IMG/VR virus record: IMGVR_UViG_3300006217_000029
Location: 6,185 to 70,184 of that record
Origin: a virus
Lineage: Duplodnaviria > Caudoviricetes
DNA: 64,000 nt
Strand: one strand, 5' to 3'
The translations under genes were made by a program, and so were the position numbers. Every line of letters starts with the position of its first letter. The first letter of the stretch is position 1. The notes under the pieces were generated by a model. That model had not been told where the DNA came from. It did not search any database and saw nothing but the letters and a program-made list of their open reading frames with translations. Positions 27,899 to 37,371 of this stretch are shown here, one piece after another.

Positions 27899-28375
27899 CT
27901 ATTCACCCGTGCCCTGGCCTTCGAGGTATTTGGCGTAGGCCATTTCAAGGGCGTTCACCTCGCTTTTGGCGGAACGCACCTTGATGTCCCTGATGCCTTC
28001 AACGGATACCGTCCACCACCCCGCTTCGCCCTCCGTCACCCTGGCGCGGGATGCGAAGTCTTCCGCGCTCATCGGTTCGGCGCCGTCTTCCGCCTCTCCG
28101 GCGAGGGAACCGGAGAGGGTGGCGGAAGCGGAAGACGCATTGGGGGTGTCATGGGCGCCGGAGGGTACGGCGACGACCGGAGGCTGGGCACTTTTCCTCT
28201 CCACGAGCACACGCATCGCGGGATACTCTCGCCGCAGGCGCTGGAGCATATTCGCGCTGCCGGGCGTATCGGGCAGTTCCACGTTCACGGTGGAGTGTGC
28301 GCCGATATGGAAGCTGTGGCGGCCCTTGATGGAAAGACTGGCGGAACCCTTGTTTTCAATGGTCACTTTCAGCAT
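27899..28375 (-). CDS. Hypothetical protein between capsid and sheath genes
   Basis: 158-aa ORF with GGAG RBS; two small domains joined by an Ala/Ser linker. Confidence 0.65.
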   Translation of the reverse strand: MLKVTIENKGSASLSIKGRHSFHIGAHSTVNVELPDTPGSANMLQRLRREYPAMRVLVERKSAQPPVVAVPSGAHDTPNASSASATLSGSLAGEAEDGAEPMSAEDFASRARVTEGEAGWWTVSVEGIRDIKVRSAKSEVNALEMAYAKYLEGQGTGE

Positions 28376-28387
28376 CGACGTTTCCTC

Positions 28388-30022
28388 CTATTCATCGGTT
28401 TTGCCGGAATCGGATGTATCGCCGCCCGCTGCATTGCTGCCGGACACCATCTTGAGCTTCATCAGGTAGTCACGCCCATCGAAGGGCTGAAGATCGCGGT
28501 AAGCCAGGTCCCACATCGTGGAACTGGTGATGAGGTCGCCCAGAACGGCATGACGGAACGTAAGGGCGGGCACGGCATCGCCGCAGACGTAGCCGGTCTG
28601 GCCGTGTTCCGAGCCGCGGGCGAAGGCGAGGCAGGTGTATTCTTCCTGATTGGGATCGCAGTAGAGGTCAAACTGGCCGAAGACGCGCCCCACATAATGG
28701 GGCTGCGGCACGCTGCGATAGCCCGGCGCGGCCTGGAAGAACGGGGCCGGAAGGTAGCGGAAGACATTGACGGCAAAATTGTCGCCCACAAGACCGACAA
28801 GACCGCTGATGCCGTTGCGCTTCATCAGGGCGGAATCGAGTTCCAGAAGCGCCGAGTTCAGGCTTTCGTAATGCTCGCGCAAAGTGAGGTTTTCGTTCGG
28901 GGTTCGATTCCACTCCACCACATCACGCGCGAAGAAGTACATATCCCGCAGTATCTTGCGGTCCTTGTCTGCCGCCAGAAGGTTACGCATCCCCGACATG
29001 GCGAGGTTGTCCGCATCAAGCCCGAACTCGCGGCGCAGTCCCCAGAGGGCTTGCAGGGTAACGCTGCCCGTAATGGCCGATTCGTGCGGAACGAGCACAC
29101 GGGATTCCATCTGGTGGTCGATTTTGGGGATGAGCTTGTAGTCCTTCTCGATGTCCACATCATAGCCGATGTGGACTTCAATGCCCGCCGCCGGGGCGAC
29201 AGTGAAGTCAGCCGTAACCTTGCCGCTCGCGTAGTCAACGGAACCGCTGACATTGATGGTCGCGCCATCAAGGGCGAATACGCCGAGGATGTGGCCGTTG
29301 TTGTCATCATGGGCCACCATGTTGCGGTCGTGGAGGATTTTCACCGAGCCGGGCTTGATGGGCATCAGTTTGCCGCCGTCCGTGGCGCTGTCGAAGACGA
29401 ATTGCTTCCTGCTCGCATCGCCAATGTACGGCGCGGACATCTGATCCATGACGGCGTAACGCCCATTGTAGCGGAAGTCGATGCGGTCTCCGGCCTGAAG
29501 GTCTCCGAAGGTGCTCCCTGCCACGCGATGGACGCGGAACATCTCCGAGCGGTTGAACTGGCCGGGAATCAGGGTCGTCATCTGGGCGGTGACGGACTGC
29601 AAGAGAACCGGCAGAATGAGGGACACCATGCGGTCTCGCATCATGATGCCCTCGGTCGTGCTCATGTCGGCGGATTCAAAGACGCCGGGCAGGCCGTTGC
29701 CCGCCTTGCCGACAATCATGGCGTTTTCAATGGCCTGATGGGCGCTCGCCAGAAGCTCGTCGCCGGGGAGGCGTCCATACTGTTGACAGAACGCCTGAAG
29801 CGCCCGGCTGTGCGCGCCGAGAATCATGGGCGCGCTTTCGCCGGTGCTTTCATACACCGAATTGGACACCGCCCCTTTCAGGCGTTCGGCCCTGGCCTTG
29901 CTGTCCGAGATGAACTTGCCGCTGTCGTCAAGGATGGGATCAAGCAGGGCGGCGCGCATCTGGTGCGCGCGCGTTACGATGTTGGTAACCTGCTGCTTGT
30001 ACCCGTCAAGATTTTTGCTCAT
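28388..30022 (-). CDS. Major capsid protein (P1 gp23-like)
   Basis: 544 aa; VFESADMSTTEGIMMRDRMVSLILPVLL, FDIDIEK-type and ALWGLRREFG motifs. Confidence 0.85.
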   Translation of the reverse strand: MSKNLDGYKQQVTNIVTRAHQMRAALLDPILDDSGKFISDSKARAERLKGAVSNSVYESTGESAPMILGAHSRALQAFCQQYGRLPGDELLASAHQAIENAMIVGKAGNGLPGVFESADMSTTEGIMMRDRMVSLILPVLLQSVTAQMTTLIPGQFNRSEMFRVHRVAGSTFGDLQAGDRIDFRYNGRYAVMDQMSAPYIGDASRKQFVFDSATDGGKLMPIKPGSVKILHDRNMVAHDDNNGHILGVFALDGATINVSGSVDYASGKVTADFTVAPAAGIEVHIGYDVDIEKDYKLIPKIDHQMESRVLVPHESAITGSVTLQALWGLRREFGLDADNLAMSGMRNLLAADKDRKILRDMYFFARDVVEWNRTPNENLTLREHYESLNSALLELDSALMKRNGISGLVGLVGDNFAVNVFRYLPAPFFQAAPGYRSVPQPHYVGRVFGQFDLYCDPNQEEYTCLAFARGSEHGQTGYVCGDAVPALTFRHAVLGDLITSSTMWDLAYRDLQPFDGRDYLMKLKMVSGSNAAGGDTSDSGKTDE

Positions 30023-30214
30023 TGCTGCACTCCGTTGTCAGGTTGGTTTGCTCGCCTCGCAGCGGAGGCTTCCCAAGTCTGGCAACAGGTCGGCACGCGA
30101 GTACACAACTTTTCGTGCAGATGTAGCGCATATAGATTTGTCGCCACAAAATTGGCTTTGGATTTGACTTTATATCAAAATTGACATATTTTGGTTTTGG
30201 GTGAGAGGTGATCG

Positions 30215-30568
30215 ATGTCTGAAAAGCAACTGTTTTGGCTTGGCTCATCCTATAATGATTTGAAGGAGATGCCTGAACATATTCAGGATATTTTTGGCTA
30301 TGCGCTTGATTTGGCGCAAAACGGCAAACGTCACCCCAAGGCCAAGCCCTTCAAAGTGAAGGGGGAATCAGGGATCATTGAGGTAGTGGGGGATTATGAT
30401 GGCGATACGTTTCGGGCTATCTATACCGTCCGCTATGATGATGCCATCTATGTAATCCATTGTTTTCAAAAAAAATCAACTATCGGTATAAAAACACCAC
30501 AAAAAGATGTGACGTTGGTCACTGAACGATTGAAAAGGCTCAAATCTATTTTGAAAAAGGAGATGTAG
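30215..30568 (+). CDS. higB: RelE/HigB-family toxin (Gp49-like)
   Basis: FWLGSSYNDL...GDTFRAIYTVRYDDAIYVIHCFQKKS..KTPQKD. Confidence 0.85.
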   Translation: MSEKQLFWLGSSYNDLKEMPEHIQDIFGYALDLAQNGKRHPKAKPFKVKGESGIIEVVGDYDGDTFRAIYTVRYDDAIYVIHCFQKKSTIGIKTPQKDVTLVTERLKRLKSILKKEM

Positions 30569-30569
30569 C

Positions 30570-30881
30570 ATGGATGATTTTATCAAAAAAGGCTCAGGGA
30601 ATGTCTATGAAGACTTGGGGTATAATGATGCTGAATCCATGAAGATAAAATCCGCCATTGTTTCACGCATCAGCGGTATTATTGAAGAAAGGAAAATGAC
30701 ACAGAAAGAAGTCTCCAAACTTACAGGGATTCCGCAAAGCAGGATTTCCAACATCCTGAATGGGCAGTTCCGTGGTGTCAGTGAGTTCCGCTTGCTGGCC
30801 TGTCTCTCCCTGCTCGGAAATGATTTGGAAATAAGGGTCAAGCCGACAGGCGGGCATCAGGGAAAGATTGTTTTTGCATAG
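30570..30881 (+). CDS. higA: XRE-family antitoxin
   Basis: GSGNVYEDLG...MTQKEVSKLTGIPQSRISNILNGQFRGVS; directly after toxin. Confidence 0.85.
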   Translation: MDDFIKKGSGNVYEDLGYNDAESMKIKSAIVSRISGIIEERKMTQKEVSKLTGIPQSRISNILNGQFRGVSEFRLLACLSLLGNDLEIRVKPTGGHQGKIVFA

Positions 30882-30904
30882 CCGGAGAGAAAACCATTCC
30901 GAAG

Positions 30905-31735
30905 TCAATGCGAGTGGTGATTCGTATTCCCGCCCGCATCATTCACACAGCCGGCGACATTGGCATCGCCGCTTATACTTACATCCTTGTCAAAGCTGGC
31001 AGGCCCGGAGAAGGCAAGGCCGCCGGGGCCAGTCATCTTGCCTTCCTTTGCGGCGGAAAGATTCAGGCTTTCGGCGGAGCTTCCGAGGGTCATATTCCCC
31101 TGCGATTGAACGGTCCCTGCCCCCTGGGATAGCATATCCATTGCTCCGGCAACGAGCAGCTTGAAATCCCCCTTCACATCCACAAGGTAGTCCCCCTGTA
31201 CGCTCTGATAGCAGTTTTTTTCACAGTGGATAATCACGTCGCCGTCAGGCGCGATTTCCGCCGCCGTTCCGCTTGCCAGATTGGTTATCCGAGCCGCGCC
31301 GGGCTTTGTGATCTGGACGAGAACGCCGTTCTGCTGAAACACGATGTCTTCATGGTACACGGGAGCCGCGGGCGTGGGTTCATTCGGGGTGCGCTTATGT
31401 TCGAATTGGCCCGGCCCGGCCCATGCTTCGGGCGGCATGTTCGGATTGCCTTCCGGCGCATGGTGGACGCCTCCGGTGATGCGCGGACGGCGGGTATCAC
31501 CATTGAAAGGAAAATCCACCCAGACCAGATCGCCGACCTTTACCGGAACAAGGCCTCCGTCTGACGGGCGCACTCCAAGGGGGAGCCGGTAAGTGGCCCA
31601 CGGCAGGTCAGCCACGGGAACATCGTCAAAAATATCGAAGACGCGCACCTGGACGCGCATCATCCGCTTTGGATCATCGAGATTCACCACTTGGGAGACA
31701 TACTCCCCGCTGTATATCTTAGGCTGTTGGCTCAA
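30905..31735 (-). CDS. Baseplate central spike (gp5/gpV-like)
   Basis: DDPKRMMRVQVRV OB-fold, GDLVWVDF, C-terminal beta-helix and HHSH tip. Confidence 0.85.
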   Translation of the reverse strand: MSQQPKIYSGEYVSQVVNLDDPKRMMRVQVRVFDIFDDVPVADLPWATYRLPLGVRPSDGGLVPVKVGDLVWVDFPFNGDTRRPRITGGVHHAPEGNPNMPPEAWAGPGQFEHKRTPNEPTPAAPVYHEDIVFQQNGVLVQITKPGAARITNLASGTAAEIAPDGDVIIHCEKNCYQSVQGDYLVDVKGDFKLLVAGAMDMLSQGAGTVQSQGNMTLGSSAESLNLSAAKEGKMTGPGGLAFSGPASFDKDVSISGDANVAGCVNDAGGNTNHHSH

Positions 31736-32732
31736 AGGGAACCGCCCCCTTTACGCGGCAGTAATACTTTTGGGCCGAATAGTAGTGTGCCACGGAGCTT
31801 ATCACCACCTTATCCGGCAGGGATTCATCCAGCGGCCTGTCCGGGGTTGCCATGTGCCACCACAACTTGAGCACCATCCCCGGTGTGAGAAAGCCGTTGC
31901 CGTGCGTCTGAAAATCAATGGCAATGCGGGAAGATGTCGGACGGTTCCCCAGAGTCCGCACGTTTTGCGATGCGTTCAGGCTTGGGGCGTACCTGTGAGC
32001 TTTGGAAAGCACCGGACCAGCAGAGGGCGCTCTGACGCGCCCCAGAACGTCATTCCACCCGGAAAAGCCTCTCACGGCCCGCTCCTGAATCTGCGACTGC
32101 TGGCTTGGCCGTGTAAAACTGATTATCTGAAAGTCGGCGCCGGGCTTCCCGTAGTGGTACTCGAACGCCGGTTCTTCGGCGAAGAGAGCGGCAAGCGTTT
32201 TGACGTGCCATCCCTCGCGCCCGAACCAGAGATGCCCGCCCTGCTCCCCCGCAATTTGGCGCAGCATGGCGCTTGGGCGTTCTCCCGCAATGCAGTGGTA
32301 GTCTTCCACCACGGGAAACTTCCCCGCGTCGATCCTGAAGCCCGCGGAAACCGCTCCGATAATCTCCGCCACCCCCCGTTGCCTGAAAATGCGTGTCTTG
32401 TCAGACAGCGTTTTGAGCTTGAACACTGGGGAAGCCATGAGATTGAGCTTGAGGAATCTGTCGGCGGACGGGTCGACCATAACCGTGAACTTCTGCTTTA
32501 CGTTCATTCCGTCCATAGCCCAGTCATCCGAGAGGTGCGCCTCTATCTCGTCCTGCTCCCTGATTTGAAGTTCATCCTTGAGATAACGGTTGGGGTCATC
32601 CCAACTCATAATGAGCTTCGGACCGTCCAGACCGAGGGTTTCAATATAGTTCGATTCGCGCAGAAACCCGATGTCGAACTCCTTGCCGGAACGGACGTGG
32701 ATGAATTTTTTGAACAGAGTGTCATCAGCCAT
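31719..32732 (-). CDS. Baseplate hub (P1 gp6-like)
   Basis: GPKLIMSWDDP, GERPSAMLRQIA, YYCRVKG; upstream of spike. Confidence 0.7.
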   Translation of the reverse strand: MADDTLFKKFIHVRSGKEFDIGFLRESNYIETLGLDGPKLIMSWDDPNRYLKDELQIREQDEIEAHLSDDWAMDGMNVKQKFTVMVDPSADRFLKLNLMASPVFKLKTLSDKTRIFRQRGVAEIIGAVSAGFRIDAGKFPVVEDYHCIAGERPSAMLRQIAGEQGGHLWFGREGWHVKTLAALFAEEPAFEYHYGKPGADFQIISFTRPSQQSQIQERAVRGFSGWNDVLGRVRAPSAGPVLSKAHRYAPSLNASQNVRTLGNRPTSSRIAIDFQTHGNGFLTPGMVLKLWWHMATPDRPLDESLPDKVVISSVAHYYSAQKYYCRVKGAVPFEPTA

Positions 32733-32744
32733 GAATTTTGCCCT

Positions 32745-33425
32745 TCAAATCAGTCGCACCTGGCCGAGCGCCGTTATTTCGTCCACGGGCTGCACTTCGC
32801 GCCCATAGAGGACTTGCGTGTTTACCTCCACAAGCGCACGGGCGGCCCACAAGCGGCCTTCGGCCTGCTCTCCGCTCGCATTGTCCGCCTGGATTTCCCT
32901 CGGCACCGAGATGGAAGCCGGAATCTCTATTGGCTCGCTGCCGAGCCTGTAGGGGACGCTGAACCGGCTGTACTTGCGTCCACGGTGCGCCACATAGGCA
33001 AACCAGGCCAGGGTGATTTTATCCAGTGTGGGTTTGTCCCACGCGCACCAGAGAAGCGAATATGACAGCGTGACAGGGATTGAACTCAACCGCATGGCCC
33101 GCGGCGTATCATCAATGTGCCGTTCCACATCCAGTACGACAGGCTTTTCGTTCTGATTGCCGACGATGCCGGGGGAGCGGTAGTAGGCAACGACAGGGAG
33201 ATCAGGCACCTTCTTTTTGCCGGGATTATGCCGGGCAATCCGCCGTATGAGCGAAGGAGGGTCTTCATTTTCCGCCCTGAAAATTTTGTCCCTGGCCGGG
33301 CGGTTCAGGAAGCGCCGGAAAGCCTCTGGCTTGTCGTCCCGAAGTCCGTCATACGCGCCGACAATGACGCCGCCCACGGCGAAATCAACAGCCTGGAGGT
33401 CACTGATCGCGTTTGCTTCGGCCAT
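32745..33425 (-). CDS. P1 gp24-like tail completion protein
   Basis: FRRFLNRP, LPVVAYYRSP, IPVTLSYSLL; synteny. Confidence 0.65.
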   Translation of the reverse strand: MAEANAISDLQAVDFAVGGVIVGAYDGLRDDKPEAFRRFLNRPARDKIFRAENEDPPSLIRRIARHNPGKKKVPDLPVVAYYRSPGIVGNQNEKPVVLDVERHIDDTPRAMRLSSIPVTLSYSLLWCAWDKPTLDKITLAWFAYVAHRGRKYSRFSVPYRLGSEPIEIPASISVPREIQADNASGEQAEGRLWAARALVEVNTQVLYGREVQPVDEITALGQVRLI

Positions 33426-33988
33426 TACAGCACCCCCACGCAATCATCTTCGGGTGTATCCGGCTCCCTGTCTTCTGTTTCCTGTTCAGGCGTGTTCGGT
33501 ACCTCCCCAAGCGCGGGTAATGGCGCACAGACATAGACAGTTCCCGCCCCGGACACCCGGCCAACAGCCTTGCTGTTCAAAACGTACACTGTGCGGATTT
33601 CCGGCTCATCGGCGTCAGGCGTGGCGTATTCGCTCCACTGGATGAGGGAGTAGTTATGCACGGGCATGGAGAGGAGGATATTCATTGGAGCGGTGGCGCC
33701 GAGAAAGCTGTTTGCCACTTCACCTGCCAGCACCTCAAATCCGAGGCCTTCCTCCGGCACAATCATGGCCCGGCCAAGCACAGGCTCCCCATACTTCTGC
33801 GCGCGCTCCCCGGCATCAAGGCTGCCCACAGGGTCGTCCGCAACGGCAACCGTTTCTTCGTCGCCCGGAATCGCCGGGAAGATGAGGCAGTCAAACGCCT
33901 TCGGGTCGTGTGTAAGCATGGTTTGCAGGTCTTCGGCCAGTATTCGGGCCGGCGCACGGAAATCCCGCGGATTCAGCTTCTCAATCAT
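33425..33988 (-). CDS. P1 gp7-like tail/head-closure protein
   Basis: HDPKAFDCLIFPA pattern; synteny. Confidence 0.6.
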   Translation of the reverse strand: MIEKLNPRDFRAPARILAEDLQTMLTHDPKAFDCLIFPAIPGDEETVAVADDPVGSLDAGERAQKYGEPVLGRAMIVPEEGLGFEVLAGEVANSFLGATAPMNILLSMPVHNYSLIQWSEYATPDADEPEIRTVYVLNSKAVGRVSGAGTVYVCAPLPALGEVPNTPEQETEDREPDTPEDDCVGVL

Positions 33989-35109
33989 GCAATGCCTTCC
34001 TTTTGCATCATGCCCTTGAGGTCAGCCACCGAGACAGAAAACTCTTTGGCGAGGTTCTCCAGCCCGGTCTTGAGGTCGAACCCCGGAAGATTGAATTTTA
34101 CAGCAACAGAGAGATTGTGGAGGCTTTCAACAATCTTTTTTCTTTGTACTTCGGTCATCGCTCCATGCAATTTTTTTTGTTTGTGCCTTGGCTTGAGCTT
34201 TCCCTGCATTTCCTTGACGCTCTTTTTCTTTTTCGCATCGGTAATGAACTCTTGCGCTTCACGGAGGAATTTTTGTTGCGCCTGTCTGGCCTCTGTCGGA
34301 TTTCGCGCCACGCCGCGGGCAAGAGATACGCGCCGGAGTTCGTCAGCCTTGAGGAAGCGAGAACGAACGGTGTCCGCAAAGCCAATGGTGGCCGATTGGC
34401 GCTCAATTTCGCCCGCCAGCACAGTATGGATCGTATTGCTCTTGAGAACCCGGAGCACCTTGAGAACATGCTTGCAGCAGCAACCCTTGAGGCCGGGATT
34501 CCGTATCTTGGGGAAGTCCTGCTCTTTGGGCGGATTCACGTCAAAGCCGCCGATGGAAGTCAGGTAGCGATACCAGTATTGATGCCGCCCGCATGAGCAG
34601 TCGAAGGAGATGCGGCCCGTGGCAACGGTACGCGCCGAAACCAGAGGCATTGCCGTTGAATGGAGGGCCATATCCCAGTCTTCGAGCCGCACCCGCACCT
34701 GATAATGCGCCCTGGTGTTCCCGGTTACGCTGAAAAAGAGGAGGTTTTTGTTTACCTTGTAAAGCATGGCGGAGCGTACATTACGGCTGCGCTGAATGTC
34801 TGCGGGATCGGATGACTTCTCAAGCTGGATAAGAGGAACGCCCCGGACTTCACGCCGGAAATTCTTCTGCGCGCGTTCATTGGCGGCCACAAAGCGCTTG
34901 AGGTCGTCGATGGTGAACTCAACCGTGTGGCCCTTGCGTCCATAGGCAAGCACAAGACCGGTTCCTGCCCTGACATGTTTACGGAGCAACGCCGGAGTGA
35001 GAAGGCCTACCGCGTCTTCACGCAACTCGCGGGCCTCCCGCCTTTCGGCAGTGGCCTCTTTCTCAAACTCCTTGAGCTGGCGAAGGATGTCCTGCTTGTT
35101 TTCGGCCAT
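33985..35109 (-). CDS. P1 gp25-like protein with SWIM-type zinc finger
   Basis: FDCSCGRHQYWYRY...GCCCKHVLKVL. Confidence 0.75.
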   Translation of the reverse strand: MAENKQDILRQLKEFEKEATAERREARELREDAVGLLTPALLRKHVRAGTGLVLAYGRKGHTVEFTIDDLKRFVAANERAQKNFRREVRGVPLIQLEKSSDPADIQRSRNVRSAMLYKVNKNLLFFSVTGNTRAHYQVRVRLEDWDMALHSTAMPLVSARTVATGRISFDCSCGRHQYWYRYLTSIGGFDVNPPKEQDFPKIRNPGLKGCCCKHVLKVLRVLKSNTIHTVLAGEIERQSATIGFADTVRSRFLKADELRRVSLARGVARNPTEARQAQQKFLREAQEFITDAKKKKSVKEMQGKLKPRHKQKKLHGAMTEVQRKKIVESLHNLSVAVKFNLPGFDLKTGLENLAKEFSVSVADLKGMMQKEGIA

Positions 35110-35114
35110 ATCGC

Positions 35115-35438
35115 CTACCTGCCGATGCGTTCAAACTCTTGATAGTGCTTGATGCGCTCTCGAATCCATGCTGTTGACGGCAAGAAAATCCTGTTTCCGG
35201 GGGCAAGCCTTTCTCTTGGATTGTCGAGCGCTGCGGCTACCATGACGACCCATTTCAGCGTGTCCAGTCTGTACACCTTGTAAGCTATGAGTTCCGGCAT
35301 AAGTGCATCCGCAGGCTGAATTTCATACTCTGTCCAGTCCGCGCCGGGCCTTTCGGATTGGGCCTGTCGAATTTCACGGTACAACTCGACCCGCACAAGA
35401 GGATCTTCGATATTGAGAGGAGAAAGTCGGTCATTCAT
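35115..35438 (-). CDS. P1 gp26-like (LysM-like) baseplate protein
   Basis: ELIAYKVY...LKWVVMVAA...IFLPSTAWIRERIK. Confidence 0.7.
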   Translation of the reverse strand: MNDRLSPLNIEDPLVRVELYREIRQAQSERPGADWTEYEIQPADALMPELIAYKVYRLDTLKWVVMVAAALDNPRERLAPGNRIFLPSTAWIRERIKHYQEFERIGR

Positions 35439-36072
35439 GACCGCCTCGCAATTCTCTGGCCCTGTCGGCGTCCCGCTGCATGGTGATGGCCTGCCAGGAC
35501 GAGAAGGGCGAGGGTGAAACGGGATTTCTCTTTGCTACAGCGGCAAGCATGGTATCAACCCAGCGCCCGGACAGCGGCTCCTCAAGCATGGCGGCGGCCA
35601 CGCACAACAGCATGGCCTTGTGCCCGCCGTGGAACTGCATCCAGTTCGGGTGATACACGATGCGGCCCTTTTCATCGTGCCTGATGTCGATGAGAGAGCC
35701 TTCTTCCCCTGCCTTCATGTCATACCGCGTGACAGATGCGTCCAGAAGCAAGTTACCGGAGTTCTTCAAGGAGAACCACCAGTCAAAAGACTGCTGGAGA
35801 AGTGTGCGCCCGTCCTCAACATCGTCAAAACAGACTGATGCCGCATGGGAGGAGAACGCCCCGGAGCGGTCTTCAACGGCAATAGCGAACCCGGCGGCGG
35901 CTTTCGTTTCCATGTCAGCAAGCATTTTGTTCCGCCACTGTGAGGGAGGGCCGGCAACAGGTACGCAGTGGGTGATGGCGAGCCGGTTCCCTTCAAAGAG
36001 GATAGCCGAGGCCATGTGCCGGTTTTCGCTGTCCAGGGACAGTGTGAAAATCTTCTTTTTCTCGTTATCCAT
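35431..36072 (-). CDS. Hypothetical protein heading the baseplate operon
   Basis: ATG 36072 with GGGAG RBS; track extension to 36255 runs through AT-rich intergenic DNA. Confidence 0.65.
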   Translation of the reverse strand: MDNEKKKIFTLSLDSENRHMASAILFEGNRLAITHCVPVAGPPSQWRNKMLADMETKAAAGFAIAVEDRSGAFSSHAASVCFDDVEDGRTLLQQSFDWWFSLKNSGNLLLDASVTRYDMKAGEEGSLIDIRHDEKGRIVYHPNWMQFHGGHKAMLLCVAAAMLEEPLSGRWVDTMLAAVAKRNPVSPSPFSSWQAITMQRDADRARELRGGHE

Positions 36073-36290
36073 GCGCTGCTTCTCCCAACTTTGGTATGAA
36101 ATGAGGGCATGGCGGATAATTGGCAAGAAAAAAACGTATATATGTGATGAATATAGACAAGGCTTGTCTTTGGAGAAGTCTTCATAATAACTATGTAAAT
36201 TAATTATAAAAAATAAATATTGCATAATTTGGTAAATTTGGTAAAAAATGTGCATTACATAATTTGGTCAACTTCAACCAGGAGATACAT

Positions 36291-36614
36291 ATGAGTAAAC
36301 TCCCTTCGCTCCTCCCCAGTTTTTTAACCAACGTGGGTGCAGACCCTGAAGATTCGGTCGTCGTAGAATACCAGAAGGGCTTCGCCCAAGCGACAGTACG
36401 AAAACCGGACGGTCGAGTGCTGACACAACGAGTCTATTCTCGCGGTGGATTTCAAGCATTTACGGCATTCGATCCAAATTCTATGAGCCGAGATGAAATG
36501 AAGCACCTTGTCCGTGAAATGAGGGCTACGGAGCGTACCACGCAGGCAGAAATAGCGCGGAAACTCGGCATCTCCCAGTCCACAGTGTCAAATTACTTGC
36601 GGAGCAAAGACTAA
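36291..36614 (+). CDS. Small protein with C-terminal HTH
   Basis: TTQAEIARKLGISQSTVSNYL; AGGAG RBS before ATG 36291. Confidence 0.75.
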   Translation: MSKLPSLLPSFLTNVGADPEDSVVVEYQKGFAQATVRKPDGRVLTQRVYSRGGFQAFTAFDPNSMSRDEMKHLVREMRATERTTQAEIARKLGISQSTVSNYLRSKD

Positions 36615-36688
36615 AAAACGGCTTGGCCCGGTGCTACCAACACCGGAACCAAGCCTAACCACAACCGACCTTCACAGGAGGTACGATT

Positions 36689-37360
36689 ATGACTGAGCTT
36701 ATTATCAACCCATCCATTTCCTTGGTCAATGGTAAACCTACCGTAACCAGCCTTGATATTGCAGACCACTTTCAAAAGCGACATGCTGATGTTCTTGAAG
36801 CGATACGCCGTGTTTCTTCCGAATGTCCGCCGGAGTTCATTGAACGGAATTTTTCGTTGAATAAATATTCCGATGACATAGGTCGTGAACTCCCCATGTA
36901 CCACCTCACCCGTGACGGTTTCTCGCTTCTGGCCATGGGGTTCGCAGGCAAAAAAGCTCTGGCTTGGAAAATTCGGTACATCCAGGCGTTCAACGCGATG
37001 GAGGCGGAACTGCTCAATAAGGCCAAACCCTCCCCCCGACAGAGGCGTTCCCGCAAGGCATTGCCCGCGTCGGAGCAGCTTGCCTTGCCCACATCTCCTA
37101 CTGTTCTCGATGAACAGACGCAGAAAATTCAATCGCTTATGAATGAGGTGAAGCAGCGAGGGAACGAGTTCATGTCCTCCATGTTCATGCTGCAATCTGC
37201 CTTGCGCTTTCGCCCGATCAAGATGAACCCAGCCGTGCCTGACCTGCCCAAGGCCTTGGAACGCACTCTGCCGCAGTTCGTCACCGCCATCGGTATGAAT
37301 GTATCCGCGTTGTCCGACCTGCTGGACGTGTACTCCACCACGCTGGCCGCCACGGAATAA
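36689..37360 (+). CDS. rha: Rha-family phage regulatory protein
   Basis: VTSLDIADHFQKRHADVLEAI...MYHLTRDGFSLLAMGFAGKKALAWKIRYIQAFNAME. Confidence 0.9.
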   Translation: MTELIINPSISLVNGKPTVTSLDIADHFQKRHADVLEAIRRVSSECPPEFIERNFSLNKYSDDIGRELPMYHLTRDGFSLLAMGFAGKKALAWKIRYIQAFNAMEAELLNKAKPSPRQRRSRKALPASEQLALPTSPTVLDEQTQKIQSLMNEVKQRGNEFMSSMFMLQSALRFRPIKMNPAVPDLPKALERTLPQFVTAIGMNVSALSDLLDVYSTTLAATE

Positions 37361-37371
37361 CCTTTTCACAT

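Noticed and set aside
16440-30135. ATATGCGCT shared upstream of the gp16 and capsid genes as a late promoter
   Set aside because: Only two copies, and it does not align with the three-copy motif; too weak to call.
28151-30184. 677-aa plus-strand ORF
   Set aside because: Antisense shadow of the major capsid gene.
36073-36255. N-terminal extension of ORF 35431-36255
   Set aside because: Runs through AT-rich regulatory DNA; a good RBS precedes ATG 36072.
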